A DNA stretch of 27,653 nt, taken from NCBI GenBank assembly GCA_031285625.1, contig JAITVV010000088.1, positions 1 through 27,653 of the forward strand. Direction: 5' to 3'. Source of the stretch: Prevotella sp. (GTDB taxonomy: Bacteria > Bacteroidota > Bacteroidia > Bacteroidales > Dysgonomonadaceae). This document shows positions 17,444-25,729 of this stretch, one piece after another. The notes under the pieces are model-generated. The model was given only the letters and a program-made list of their open reading frames with translations, searched no databases and was not told the origin of the DNA. The position numbers and the translations under genes were made by a program. How positions within the stretch are numbered: position 1 is the first letter of the stretch; each line of letters begins with the position of its first letter.

Positions 17444-17914
17444 CTACTTACTGAGTGATATACTTATTTCAAAATCTCCACTCCAGGGATCCCCTGCCAT
17501 CTGATTTTCATGAATAAATAGTAAGTAATCTCCTTTAACCGGGAGATCATAAGATATTGTTGAGCTAAATGGTCCATCCATATCTCCATTAGGCATTACA
17601 ATCTGATTGAAGCGAATATTTGCAGTTGAATCTTTTGATGATAGAGTAGCTGTCATTTTGGTAAAATCCTGAGAATTGAATGCAAGATTAATATATTCAC
17701 GTTCTCTCTTGTGAATTTTCAGATGACCAGTTCCGTTCTGAATGTCAATGTGTATTGTATCAGACTCAGTAGGATAAAGGATGGAATCAATATCTGATTC
17801 TGAATTGCTTAGTTGTTTCACCTGAGATATATTCCCTTTTTCCTGAGGTCCAGTACACCCATAAGTTATAAAACTGACTAAAATGATAATTATAAATGAT
17901 CTATTGAAATTCAT
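17444..17914 (-). CDS. Hypothetical lipoprotein, beta-rich
   Basis: Signal peptide ending ITYG|C20, low-complexity linker, beta-strand-rich domain. Confidence 0.7.
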   Translation of the reverse strand: MNFNRSFIIIILVSFITYGCTGPQEKGNISQVKQLSNSESDIDSILYPTESDTIHIDIQNGTGHLKIHKREREYINLAFNSQDFTKMTATLSSKDSTANIRFNQIVMPNGDMDGPFSSTISYDLPVKGDYLLFIHENQMAGDPWSGDFEISISLSK

Positions 17915-18003
17915 GTTTTGAGTATTAATGTAACTTCTAATAGAACAAATATTTAATAATATAGTTGAGTCGGTTATAGAAATAAATATTGATTAAAGGA
18001 CAT

Positions 18004-18036
18004 AAAAAAAACAACCCTTATAATTAAGGGTTGTTT
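18004..18036 (-). terminator. Intrinsic terminator after sod
   Basis: AAACAACCCTTA-loop-TAAGGGTTGTTT, followed by a T run on the minus strand. Confidence 0.85.
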
Positions 18037-18068
18037 GGCTCATATTTAGAAATTGAAACTAGCTAAGA

Positions 18069-18743
18069 TTAATAGCGAGCTTCTACTGCATTCCAATCGA
18101 TAATTTTCCAAAGCTCTGCCAAGTGGTCAGCACGACGGTTTTGGTAGTCCAGGTAATATGCATGTTCCCAAACGTCAAATCCTAATAGCGGAGTCAATCC
18201 TTTTGTTATCGGATTACCTGCATTTGGTTCTTTTGTTATTTGTAGCTTACCTGCATTGTCTTTAGCAAGCCATACCCATCCTGATCCGAATACTGCAGTA
18301 CCGGCTGTCTGGAATTCTTTCTTGAAGTTTTCGAACGATCCCCATTCAGCATTGATAGCATCGGCTAGTTTGCCTTTAGGTGCTCCGCCACCATTCGGGC
18401 TGAAAGAAAGGAAATATATATTGTGGTTCAATGTTTGTCCTGCATTGTTGAAGATAGCGCCATCGCTTTCTTTTACAATTGTTTCCAAATCTGAACTTTC
18501 GAATTTAGTTCCCTGAATTAAATTGTTCAGATTGGTAATATAAGTTTGAAGATGCTTGCCATAATGTAATTCTATAGTCTGTTGACCGATTACTGGTTCT
18601 AGAGCATTTGTTGCGTACGGTAATTTTGGTAATTCAAATTTCATAGCTTCTGTTTTTTTATTGTTATTATTTATATTTTGTGCATTTACCGAACCTAAGA
18701 GGAATCCGGAAAGCATTATACACGTAAAAATCAATCTCTTCAT
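18069..18743 (-). CDS. sod: Fe/Mn superoxide dismutase (probably cambialistic type) with N-terminal signal peptide
   Basis: LPKLPY..ALEP, HYGKH, FNNAGQTLNH, FGSGWVWL and DVWEHAYYLDYQN motifs; 33-aa N-terminal extension. Confidence 0.96.
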   Translation of the reverse strand: MKRLIFTCIMLSGFLLGSVNAQNINNNNKKTEAMKFELPKLPYATNALEPVIGQQTIELHYGKHLQTYITNLNNLIQGTKFESSDLETIVKESDGAIFNNAGQTLNHNIYFLSFSPNGGGAPKGKLADAINAEWGSFENFKKEFQTAGTAVFGSGWVWLAKDNAGKLQITKEPNAGNPITKGLTPLLGFDVWEHAYYLDYQNRRADHLAELWKIIDWNAVEARY

Positions 18744-18766
18744 AATAATATTTTTATCGTTGTGTA

Positions 18767-18774
18767 CAAATTTA
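18767..18774 (-). promoter_or_regulatory. -7 promoter element for sod
   Basis: Minus strand TAAATTTG 23 nt upstream of ATG 18743. Confidence 0.55.
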
Positions 18775-18928
18775 ACAATCTATATTCACAATTTGTTTAT
18801 GAATGGCTTAATATTTAACATCGATTGTTTTTAACAGTTTATTGTTAAAATCTATAAGCATTGTGGATGAATAAGTTTAACTTATAAATTAGTGAGGTTA
18901 AATAAAAATACATTTACAAATTAATATG

Positions 18929-18936
18929 TACTTTTG
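18929..18936 (+). promoter_or_regulatory. -7 promoter element for the LuxR-type regulator
   Basis: TACTTTTG 29 nt upstream of ATG 18966. Confidence 0.6.
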
Positions 18937-18965
18937 TTTCCATAAATATTGAAAGCCTGAAATAA

Positions 18966-19844
18966 ATGATATTTTTAGATGCATCCTCCATTTTATCGGA
19001 AGTCATAGCCGAGAATCATCAGTTGATACCTGTTATAAATCGCTTTGGAATAAAGTTAGGCTTGGGAGATAAAAATATAGGTGAGATATGTAATGTAGCG
19101 GATATTAATACCGATTTTTTTCTCGCTATACTGAATACTTTCCTTAACGAAGATTATTTTCCTGAAAAGAAATTGCAAAAGTTTGATATACAGCTTGTAA
19201 TAAAATATCTGAAGCAAACTGATGGATATCTTATGCACGGGCAGTTATACAATCTGGAAAAGCATTTGAACGCCTTTATATCGATGAGTGATCCTAATAA
19301 TGCCCAGATGAAGCTGATAAGCAGATTATTCTATGAATTTAAAGGAGAACTGAAAGGGCAAATAGAACAAGGGTTGGTAAAAGGAGATGCACCGCTGGCA
19401 TTACTTACAGATCTGAAGAGTATTATTATCAAACATATATCAGGTAGTTTCAATGAAAATATGTGTTATGCTGTTATATTCACCATAGACAGTTTTCAGA
19501 AAGACCTGGAGAAACATAACCGTATAAGGGAGAAAATTCTAAAGCCGATGATAGATGAATTGTCAGAGTCGGGTATCGAAGATTTACAGGAACTTATTGC
19601 CGAGAGCCATATTATAAGGGAAAATAAGATGCAACCCTTGTCTCAACGGGAATTGGATGTACTTCGCCTCATTGCTTTGGGCCTACTGAACAAGGAGGTG
19701 GCCGATAAACTGAATATAAGCCTGAATACGGTACTTTCTCACAGAAAGAATATTACGGCTAAGTTGGGTATTAAAACTGTGTCAGGTCTCATCTTTTACT
19801 GTATTACTCACGGCTATATATCAGCCGACGAAATCGAATTATAG
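18966..19844 (+). CDS. LuxR-type HTH regulator with ScdA_N-like and hemerythrin-like N-terminal regions
   Basis: C-terminal LSQRELDVLRLIALGLLNKEVADKLNISLNTVLSHRKNITAKLG; N-terminal VINRFGIKLGLGDKNIGEIC. Confidence 0.85.
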   Translation: MIFLDASSILSEVIAENHQLIPVINRFGIKLGLGDKNIGEICNVADINTDFFLAILNTFLNEDYFPEKKLQKFDIQLVIKYLKQTDGYLMHGQLYNLEKHLNAFISMSDPNNAQMKLISRLFYEFKGELKGQIEQGLVKGDAPLALLTDLKSIIIKHISGSFNENMCYAVIFTIDSFQKDLEKHNRIREKILKPMIDELSESGIEDLQELIAESHIIRENKMQPLSQRELDVLRLIALGLLNKEVADKLNISLNTVLSHRKNITAKLGIKTVSGLIFYCITHGYISADEIEL

Positions 19845-19849
19845 AAAGT

Positions 19850-20332
19850 ATGGAAAAGAAAAATAGATATTTGTCATTTGAGCTTCTCTTTGCTCTTCTA
19901 TTTATCATCGCCTTTTTTCTTCCCTGGCTCGATAAATGGGGTATAAAAATAGTAGGCTGGGATATTCCGGATTTACAAAAGAAACTCACGCGTGCCGGGA
20001 ATTTCTTTAAGTTCTTTTCTAAGAATAAGGATTGGATCTACAGTACGCATGTCGTATATTTGGTTCCTTTGCTTAGTGTTGTGGTGATGGGCTTCTGGCT
20101 AATGTTAAAGAAAAAGACAGCACGTTTTTTCCTGCTAATAACCGGTATATTTGCATTTGTAGTATCACTGAATTTGTTTTATAAACTGCCAAGTTCAGGA
20201 AGCGGCGTTTATTTATTGTGTGCAACTTCTATCTTATCGGTTATCTATTTGATAGCTTCCCGCAAGAAGAAAGAGCAGCAGACAGAGTTGATTGATACAC
20301 CTCCCGAAATAGATGGGGAAGAAATAGAATGA
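19850..20332 (+). CDS. Hypothetical membrane protein, about 4 TM
   Basis: Four hydrophobic segments, FFLPW motif, acidic tail; 5 nt after the regulator's stop. Confidence 0.75.
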   Translation: MEKKNRYLSFELLFALLFIIAFFLPWLDKWGIKIVGWDIPDLQKKLTRAGNFFKFFSKNKDWIYSTHVVYLVPLLSVVVMGFWLMLKKKTARFFLLITGIFAFVVSLNLFYKLPSSGSGVYLLCATSILSVIYLIASRKKKEQQTELIDTPPEIDGEEIE

Positions 20333-20386
20333 AAAGTATTTTATTAAAAACTTTGTAATTTGATTTCATGAATTGTTAAAAATAAA

Positions 20387-20394
20387 TACATTTG
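20387..20394 (+). promoter_or_regulatory. -7 promoter element for the DUF1080 gene
   Basis: TACATTTG 39 nt upstream of the ATG. Confidence 0.55.
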
Positions 20395-20433
20395 TTTACT
20401 TATAAATCTATTTAAATCACTAAAAATAATATC

Positions 20434-21105
20434 ATGAAGCGTATTTTTTTATTTTCTTCAGTTTTATTACTTATCTGTAGTATATCAGTTCATGGCGAAA
20501 ACAAGAGTAAGAAGTGGAAGCCTCTTTTTGGGACAAATCTTTCTGAAGCAAAGTACAATGCTGATATCTGGAGTGAAAAGGATGGTGTACTTTCAGCTGT
20601 AAAGGACGAGTCTATATGGACTACTACAGAATACGAGAATTTTGAACTGGATTTGGAATTCAAGACAGATAATAATACTAACAGTGGAGTCGTTGTATAT
20701 TGCACCGACAGAGAAAACTGGATACCTAATTCAGTGGAAGTACAAATTGCCGATGACTATGGAGAGCATTTTGTAAAAGCTAAGGCCTACGAAAAGTGTG
20801 GTGCCATTTATGGTCATCTGGGAGCAAATAAGGATAAAGTAGTAAAGAAACCGGGCGAATGGAATCATATGAATATCAAATGTGTAGGGCAATATATTAC
20901 AATCATTCTTAATGGAAAGAAAGTAACTGAAATGGATATGAGCAAATGGACATCTGGCAAAAAGAATCCTGATGGTACAGATATCCCAAGCTGGTTACCT
21001 AAACCTTTTGCTGAACTGCCAACAAAAGGATATATCGGTTTACAGGGTAAGCATGGGGAATCGCTTATATGGTTTAGGAATGTAAAAATACGTGATGCAA
21101 GATAA
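20434..21105 (+). CDS. DUF1080 / 3-keto-disaccharide hydrolase family protein, secreted
   Basis: Signal peptide; WKPLF, YENFELDLEFK, NSGV, EVQI.DD, GAIYG, PGEWN, GYIGLQG.HG and FRNVKIR motifs. Confidence 0.9.
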   Translation: MKRIFLFSSVLLLICSISVHGENKSKKWKPLFGTNLSEAKYNADIWSEKDGVLSAVKDESIWTTTEYENFELDLEFKTDNNTNSGVVVYCTDRENWIPNSVEVQIADDYGEHFVKAKAYEKCGAIYGHLGANKDKVVKKPGEWNHMNIKCVGQYITIILNGKKVTEMDMSKWTSGKKNPDGTDIPSWLPKPFAELPTKGYIGLQGKHGESLIWFRNVKIRDAR

Positions 21106-21125
21106 GATGTATCTGCAACAATAAA

Positions 21126-21167
21126 AAAAATAGTCCGATTCTCATTATAAAGAATCGGACTATTTTT
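21126..21167. terminator. Bidirectional intrinsic terminator
   Basis: AAAAATAGTCCGATTCT-loop-AGAATCGGACTATTTTT between convergent genes. Confidence 0.88.
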
Positions 21168-21179
21168 ATGGTAAACTTC

Positions 21180-22727
21180 TTATTTTGTTATCCGTTCAAG
21201 CCATTTTAGCATAAATAGCATTGTAAACATTGATATACAACAAGCTGCTACAAATACACACCATGTTGCCCATATCGGAATACTTTCGTATAGGATAGCT
21301 CCAATGAACAGAAGTTGATTTCCTAAAGCTGTAGCACCTAACCAGCAACCTTGCATTATACCCTGATACTGAGGAGGAGCAACTTTAGAAACAAATGATA
21401 TACCTAACGGGCTGATAAATAACTCGGCAATAGTGAGTATGAGGTACGTACCAATCAGAAGGAATGGAGTTACACGAGCTGAGTCGGCTAAACCACCCAT
21501 TGCTTTTACATCAGCATTCGCTGGCAGATCCAATGAGCCAATGGTCATTACTACATATGCTAAAGCAGCAATTCCCATACCTATAGCAATTTTTTTAGGT
21601 GCAGAAGGTTCTTTCCCTTTAGCCCTTAACCATCCAAAAACAGCTAACACAACAGGAGTAAGGAACACAACGAATAATGGATTGAATGATTGGAATAATT
21701 CAGCGCCTTCAAGAGTGACTAAGCCAAACAAATCGAGCCTCATTTGACTAAGATCGGTATAATCGTTAGCAAAATATGTAAGAGTTAATCCGTTTTGGTG
21801 GAATGAGAACCAGAAGAATATAACAACAGCAAATACAGCAAATAGCGCATACAGGCGTTGTTTAATTTCATTTTTATCCATTACCTTTTCAGCAGGAGCA
21901 TCAGCAGAAATATTTGCAGCCGTTGCTTTTAAAGCCGGATCAGGAAAACGTTTTTTGTTGATTGAATATATTGTGAACGAAATTAGCATAGCTACGATAG
22001 CTATACCAAATGCATAATGGAATCCTGTGTTAAATACGTTCAGGTATTCATTAGCAAATAAAGTAAGATCGGAAGGAGCGCCATTTAAACTAACCTGAGG
22101 AGCTAATTCTGCAAAACGGGTTGCAGCATTGCCCGAAAGAGTACCATCCAGATGTTGGTGGCAAAGTGATGGCAGGTCGGAATTATATGAAAATCCATGA
22201 GCCTTAAGCCATCCGTTTCTCATACCTACAGCAATCAGTGGAGCAAAGATTGCACCCACGTTGATAAACATGTAGAACAAAGAGAAACCTGAATCCCGCA
22301 TCTTTTCATACTGAGGATTATCATACATTTGCCCTACCAGAGCCTGCAGGTTACCTTTAAACATACCATTACCAAAAGCGATAACAAACAAGCCGAAGCA
22401 AGTAAGTATAATGAATGGCCAGAAACTGGATACAGGAGTAGGGGTAGGTATAGCAATAATAAGATAGCCGATAGCCATTAATACTATACCAATCTGAATT
22501 GTACTTTTGTATTTTTTAGTCTTATCTGCAATAAGTCCCCCGATAAGGGCAAATGCATAGATACAAAAATAGAATACAGAGTAAATGATACCTGCATTCG
22601 TTTTGTCTAAGCCAAACTTAGACATTAAGAACAAGGTAAGAATAGCCATCATGATATAGAAGCCGAAACGTTCTCCCATATTTGATAATGATGCAGCTAT
22701 TAAACCTTTAGGATGATTTTTAAACAT
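21180..22727 (-). CDS. Proton-dependent oligopeptide (POT/PTR) MFS transporter
   Basis: HPKGL, ERFGFY, GG.IAD, FKGN, FSLFYMFINVGA, QSFNP and AELFISPLG.S.V.K.AP motifs. Confidence 0.93.
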   Translation of the reverse strand: MFKNHPKGLIAASLSNMGERFGFYIMMAILTLFLMSKFGLDKTNAGIIYSVFYFCIYAFALIGGLIADKTKKYKSTIQIGIVLMAIGYLIIAIPTPTPVSSFWPFIILTCFGLFVIAFGNGMFKGNLQALVGQMYDNPQYEKMRDSGFSLFYMFINVGAIFAPLIAVGMRNGWLKAHGFSYNSDLPSLCHQHLDGTLSGNAATRFAELAPQVSLNGAPSDLTLFANEYLNVFNTGFHYAFGIAIVAMLISFTIYSINKKRFPDPALKATAANISADAPAEKVMDKNEIKQRLYALFAVFAVVIFFWFSFHQNGLTLTYFANDYTDLSQMRLDLFGLVTLEGAELFQSFNPLFVVFLTPVVLAVFGWLRAKGKEPSAPKKIAIGMGIAALAYVVMTIGSLDLPANADVKAMGGLADSARVTPFLLIGTYLILTIAELFISPLGISFVSKVAPPQYQGIMQGCWLGATALGNQLLFIGAILYESIPIWATWCVFVAACCISMFTMLFMLKWLERITK

Positions 22728-22785
22728 ACAATTATATTTAAGATTAATATTATAAGTTTATTATGCGGATTCTGTTTAAAGTATA

Positions 22786-22793
22786 CAAATGTA
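22786..22793 (-). promoter_or_regulatory. -7 promoter element for the POT transporter
   Basis: Minus strand TACATTTG 58 nt upstream of the ATG. Confidence 0.55.
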
Positions 22794-22862
22794 AGAAAAC
22801 ATAGTAGAAAATCTCATTACAGAAATATATTAAATAACATAAAATAATGAGATTAATTACTT

Positions 22863-23723
22863 TTATGAAAATAAGATAGTTTTATTCTTATATACAAGTA
22901 CCCGCCTGTTGAGATGGTATTCAACAGCATGGGAAAGTACGATCTTTTCCAGATCCTGCCCCTTGCGTACCAGATTCTCCACACTGTCGCGGTGAGATAT
23001 ACGGGTTATATCCTGTTCGATAATCGGACCTGCATCAAGTTCTGCTGTAACATAATGGCTTGTAGCCCCTATAATTTTCACGCCACGCTCGTATGCAGCA
23101 TGGTATGGCCTGGCTCCGACAAAAGCAGGCAGGAATGAATGATGAATGTTGATTATCCTGTTTGGATATGACTCTATAAACTTGTCTGTTAATATTTGCA
23201 TGTAACGGGCTAAAACGATAAAGTCGATCTTTTTTTCTGCTAATAGACTCAGTTGTTTAGCTTCTATTTCGTCTTTATTGTCCTTGTTTAGCTTTAGTAC
23301 ATGATATTCTATCCCAAATCTTTCGGCTACCCAGCGAAGGTCTTCATGGTTACTGATAATCAATGGAATCTCTACTTTCCATTCCCCCGAGGTGTAACGT
23401 GCCAGTATATCAAATAGGCAATGCGACATTTTGGAAACAAAAACGGCCATACGTGGAGTATAGTCGTTAAAGTATAATCGGAATGTCATATTGTATTTGT
23501 TGGCATATAGTGTCTGAAAGTAGTCGCTGATTTTATCTTTGGGTACAATGAAATTTTTCAAATCCCATTCGATACGCATAAAGAATGCATCTGCCTGCTT
23601 ATCCACATGTTGTTCCAGATTTATAATGTTACCTCCATTTACATTGATAAAATCAGTAACTGCTGCCACCAGTCCGGGGCGGTCTGGTGATGATATAAGT
23701 ATAATTGCGTGAGCGTTATCCAT
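22863..23723 (-). CDS. purU: Formyltetrahydrofolate deformylase
   Basis: ACT-like PDRPGLVA, VSK.SHCL, VLARYMQIL, INIHHSFLPAF.GA.PY and IGATSHYVT..LDAGPIIEQ motifs. Confidence 0.97.
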   Translation of the reverse strand: MDNAHAIILISSPDRPGLVAAVTDFINVNGGNIINLEQHVDKQADAFFMRIEWDLKNFIVPKDKISDYFQTLYANKYNMTFRLYFNDYTPRMAVFVSKMSHCLFDILARYTSGEWKVEIPLIISNHEDLRWVAERFGIEYHVLKLNKDNKDEIEAKQLSLLAEKKIDFIVLARYMQILTDKFIESYPNRIINIHHSFLPAFVGARPYHAAYERGVKIIGATSHYVTAELDAGPIIEQDITRISHRDSVENLVRKGQDLEKIVLSHAVEYHLNRRVLVYKNKTILFS

Positions 23724-23727
23724 TTGT

Positions 23728-25581
23728 TTAGTCTTCTTCGATTACAAGATTATCTATAATAAACTCTTGTCTTTCGGGGGTGTTTTTGCCCATATAGAAG
23801 TTGAGCATATTATTCACAAGGTCTTCCTTCTTCATTGTTACGCGGTCGAGGCGGATGTCTTTTCCTATGAAGTGCCTGAACTCATCAGGAGATATTTCTC
23901 CTAATCCTTTAAATCGTGTGATTTCAGGATTTGCACCAAGCTTACTGATTGCATTAATACGCTCTTCTTCGGTGTAGCAATAGATAGTCTCTTTCTTGTT
24001 CCGTACGCGGAATAGTGGTGTTTGAAGAATGTAGACATGGTTCTTTTTTATCAGATCAGGGAAGAACTGCAAAAAGAAAGTCAATAGTAACAAGCGGATG
24101 TGCATACCATCAGTATCGGCATCGGTTGCTACTATTATTTTGTTATAGCGTAGTCCGTCAATTCCATCTTCAATATTCAGAGCAGCCTGTAATAGGTTAA
24201 ACTCTTCATTCTCGTAGACAATCTTCTTTGTCAACCCAAAACTGTTCAATGGCTTTCCGCGAAGGCTGAATACAGCTTGCAGATTCGGGTTGCGGCTTTT
24301 AGTTATCGATCCGCTGGCAGAATCACCCTCTGTGATGAAAATACTTGTTTCATCCAGGTTATCGCCTTTGCTATCGTTATAGTGAATACGACAGTCGCGC
24401 AATTTCTTATTATGCAGGTTTGCTTTTTTAGCCCTTTCGCGAGCCAGTTTGGTGACCCCGGCAATTGCTTTACGCTCTTTCTCCGATTCAAGTATCTTTT
24501 TTAGTAGTTCCTCCGATGTATCGGTATGTTTATGTAAAAAGTTATCGAGTTCTTTCTTTAGGAAATCTCCTATAAATTTCTGTACAGATGGACCTCCGGG
24601 TCCCATGTCTTTAGATCCCAGCTTGGTTTTTGTCTGAGATTCAAAAACGGGTTCTTCTACTTTAACACTTATGGCAGCAACAATACCACTACGTATATCT
24701 GCATAATCGAAGTTTTTATTGTAAAATTCTTTGATCACACGTGATAACGACTCGCGGAAAGCTGACTGATGTGTACCCCCTTGTGTTGTATGTTGTCCGT
24801 TTACAAAAGAGTAATATTCTTCCCCATATTGGTTTGTATGTGTAATAACCACCTCTATATCTTCATCTTTCAGGTGGATGATGGGATACAGAGCTTCTGA
24901 AGTCATATTTTCATTCAAAAGGTCTACAAGCCCGTTCTTTGAAAAAAACTTCTTACCGTTATACAGTATTGTAAGTCCTGTATTTAAGAATACATAATTT
25001 TTGAGAAGACTTTCCACATAGTCATCTCTATAATTGTAATTTGTGAAAATCGTATTATCGGGAATAAACTCGATCAGGGTACCATTTTCTTTTGTAGTAG
25101 ATTGTATTTCTTCTTCTTTGGTAACTATTGCTTTACTAAATTCTACCGCCTTGGTTTGTCCGTCACGGAAACTTTGTATCAGAAAGAATGAAGATAAGGC
25201 ATTCACCGCTTTTATACCAACGCCGTTTAACCCTACAGACTTTTTGAAGGCTTTAGAATCATACTTTGCTCCGGTATTCATCTTGGATGAAACGTCCTTT
25301 ACTTTACCTAATGGTACACCGCGTCCATGGTCGCGTACTCTGACAACACCTTCTTCGATAGAAACTTCGATGGTCTTACCAAATCCCATCATATATTCAT
25401 CAATAGAGTTATCCAGTACCTCTTTCAGTAGGACATAAATACCATCATCAGCAGATGTTCCATCACCAAGCTTACCTATGTACATACCCGGACGACGGCG
25501 AATATGTTCTTGCCAGTCCAGGGTTTTTATATCATCGTCGGAATAATTTATTTCGGGTAGTTCGATTTTTTCTTCTTCCAT
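23728..25581 (-). CDS. parE: DNA topoisomerase IV subunit B
   Basis: [57 protein letters not shown] and RFKGLGE motifs; Bacteroidetes ParE type; start taken at ATG 25581 rather than TTG 25593. Confidence 0.92.
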   Translation of the reverse strand: MEEEKIELPEINYSDDDIKTLDWQEHIRRRPGMYIGKLGDGTSADDGIYVLLKEVLDNSIDEYMMGFGKTIEVSIEEGVVRVRDHGRGVPLGKVKDVSSKMNTGAKYDSKAFKKSVGLNGVGIKAVNALSSFFLIQSFRDGQTKAVEFSKAIVTKEEEIQSTTKENGTLIEFIPDNTIFTNYNYRDDYVESLLKNYVFLNTGLTILYNGKKFFSKNGLVDLLNENMTSEALYPIIHLKDEDIEVVITHTNQYGEEYYSFVNGQHTTQGGTHQSAFRESLSRVIKEFYNKNFDYADIRSGIVAAISVKVEEPVFESQTKTKLGSKDMGPGGPSVQKFIGDFLKKELDNFLHKHTDTSEELLKKILESEKERKAIAGVTKLARERAKKANLHNKKLRDCRIHYNDSKGDNLDETSIFITEGDSASGSITKSRNPNLQAVFSLRGKPLNSFGLTKKIVYENEEFNLLQAALNIEDGIDGLRYNKIIVATDADTDGMHIRLLLLTFFLQFFPDLIKKNHVYILQTPLFRVRNKKETIYCYTEEERINAISKLGANPEITRFKGLGEISPDEFRHFIGKDIRLDRVTMKKEDLVNNMLNFYMGKNTPERQEFIIDNLVIEED

Positions 25582-25729
25582 ATATTTTATCAATCTCTCT
25601 TTACAAAATGCGCCCGTAAAAATATAAAAAAATATTGGTAAGAAAAAGTTTGATTTTACCTGATATTATCTTTATTTTTTATTTAACAAATACATTTTCT
25701 GATTGATCACAGGCTTATGTGAGTTTATT

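Noticed and set aside
21131-21144. AGTCCGAT-TCTC resembling the tRNA-Ala 3' end (possible attR)
   Set aside because: Only 8 contiguous matches, part of a terminator stem, no integrase, and the intervening genes are core
23728-25581. parE without an adjacent parC
   Set aside because: Unlinked parE and parC are common in Bacteroidales to my knowledge; not informative
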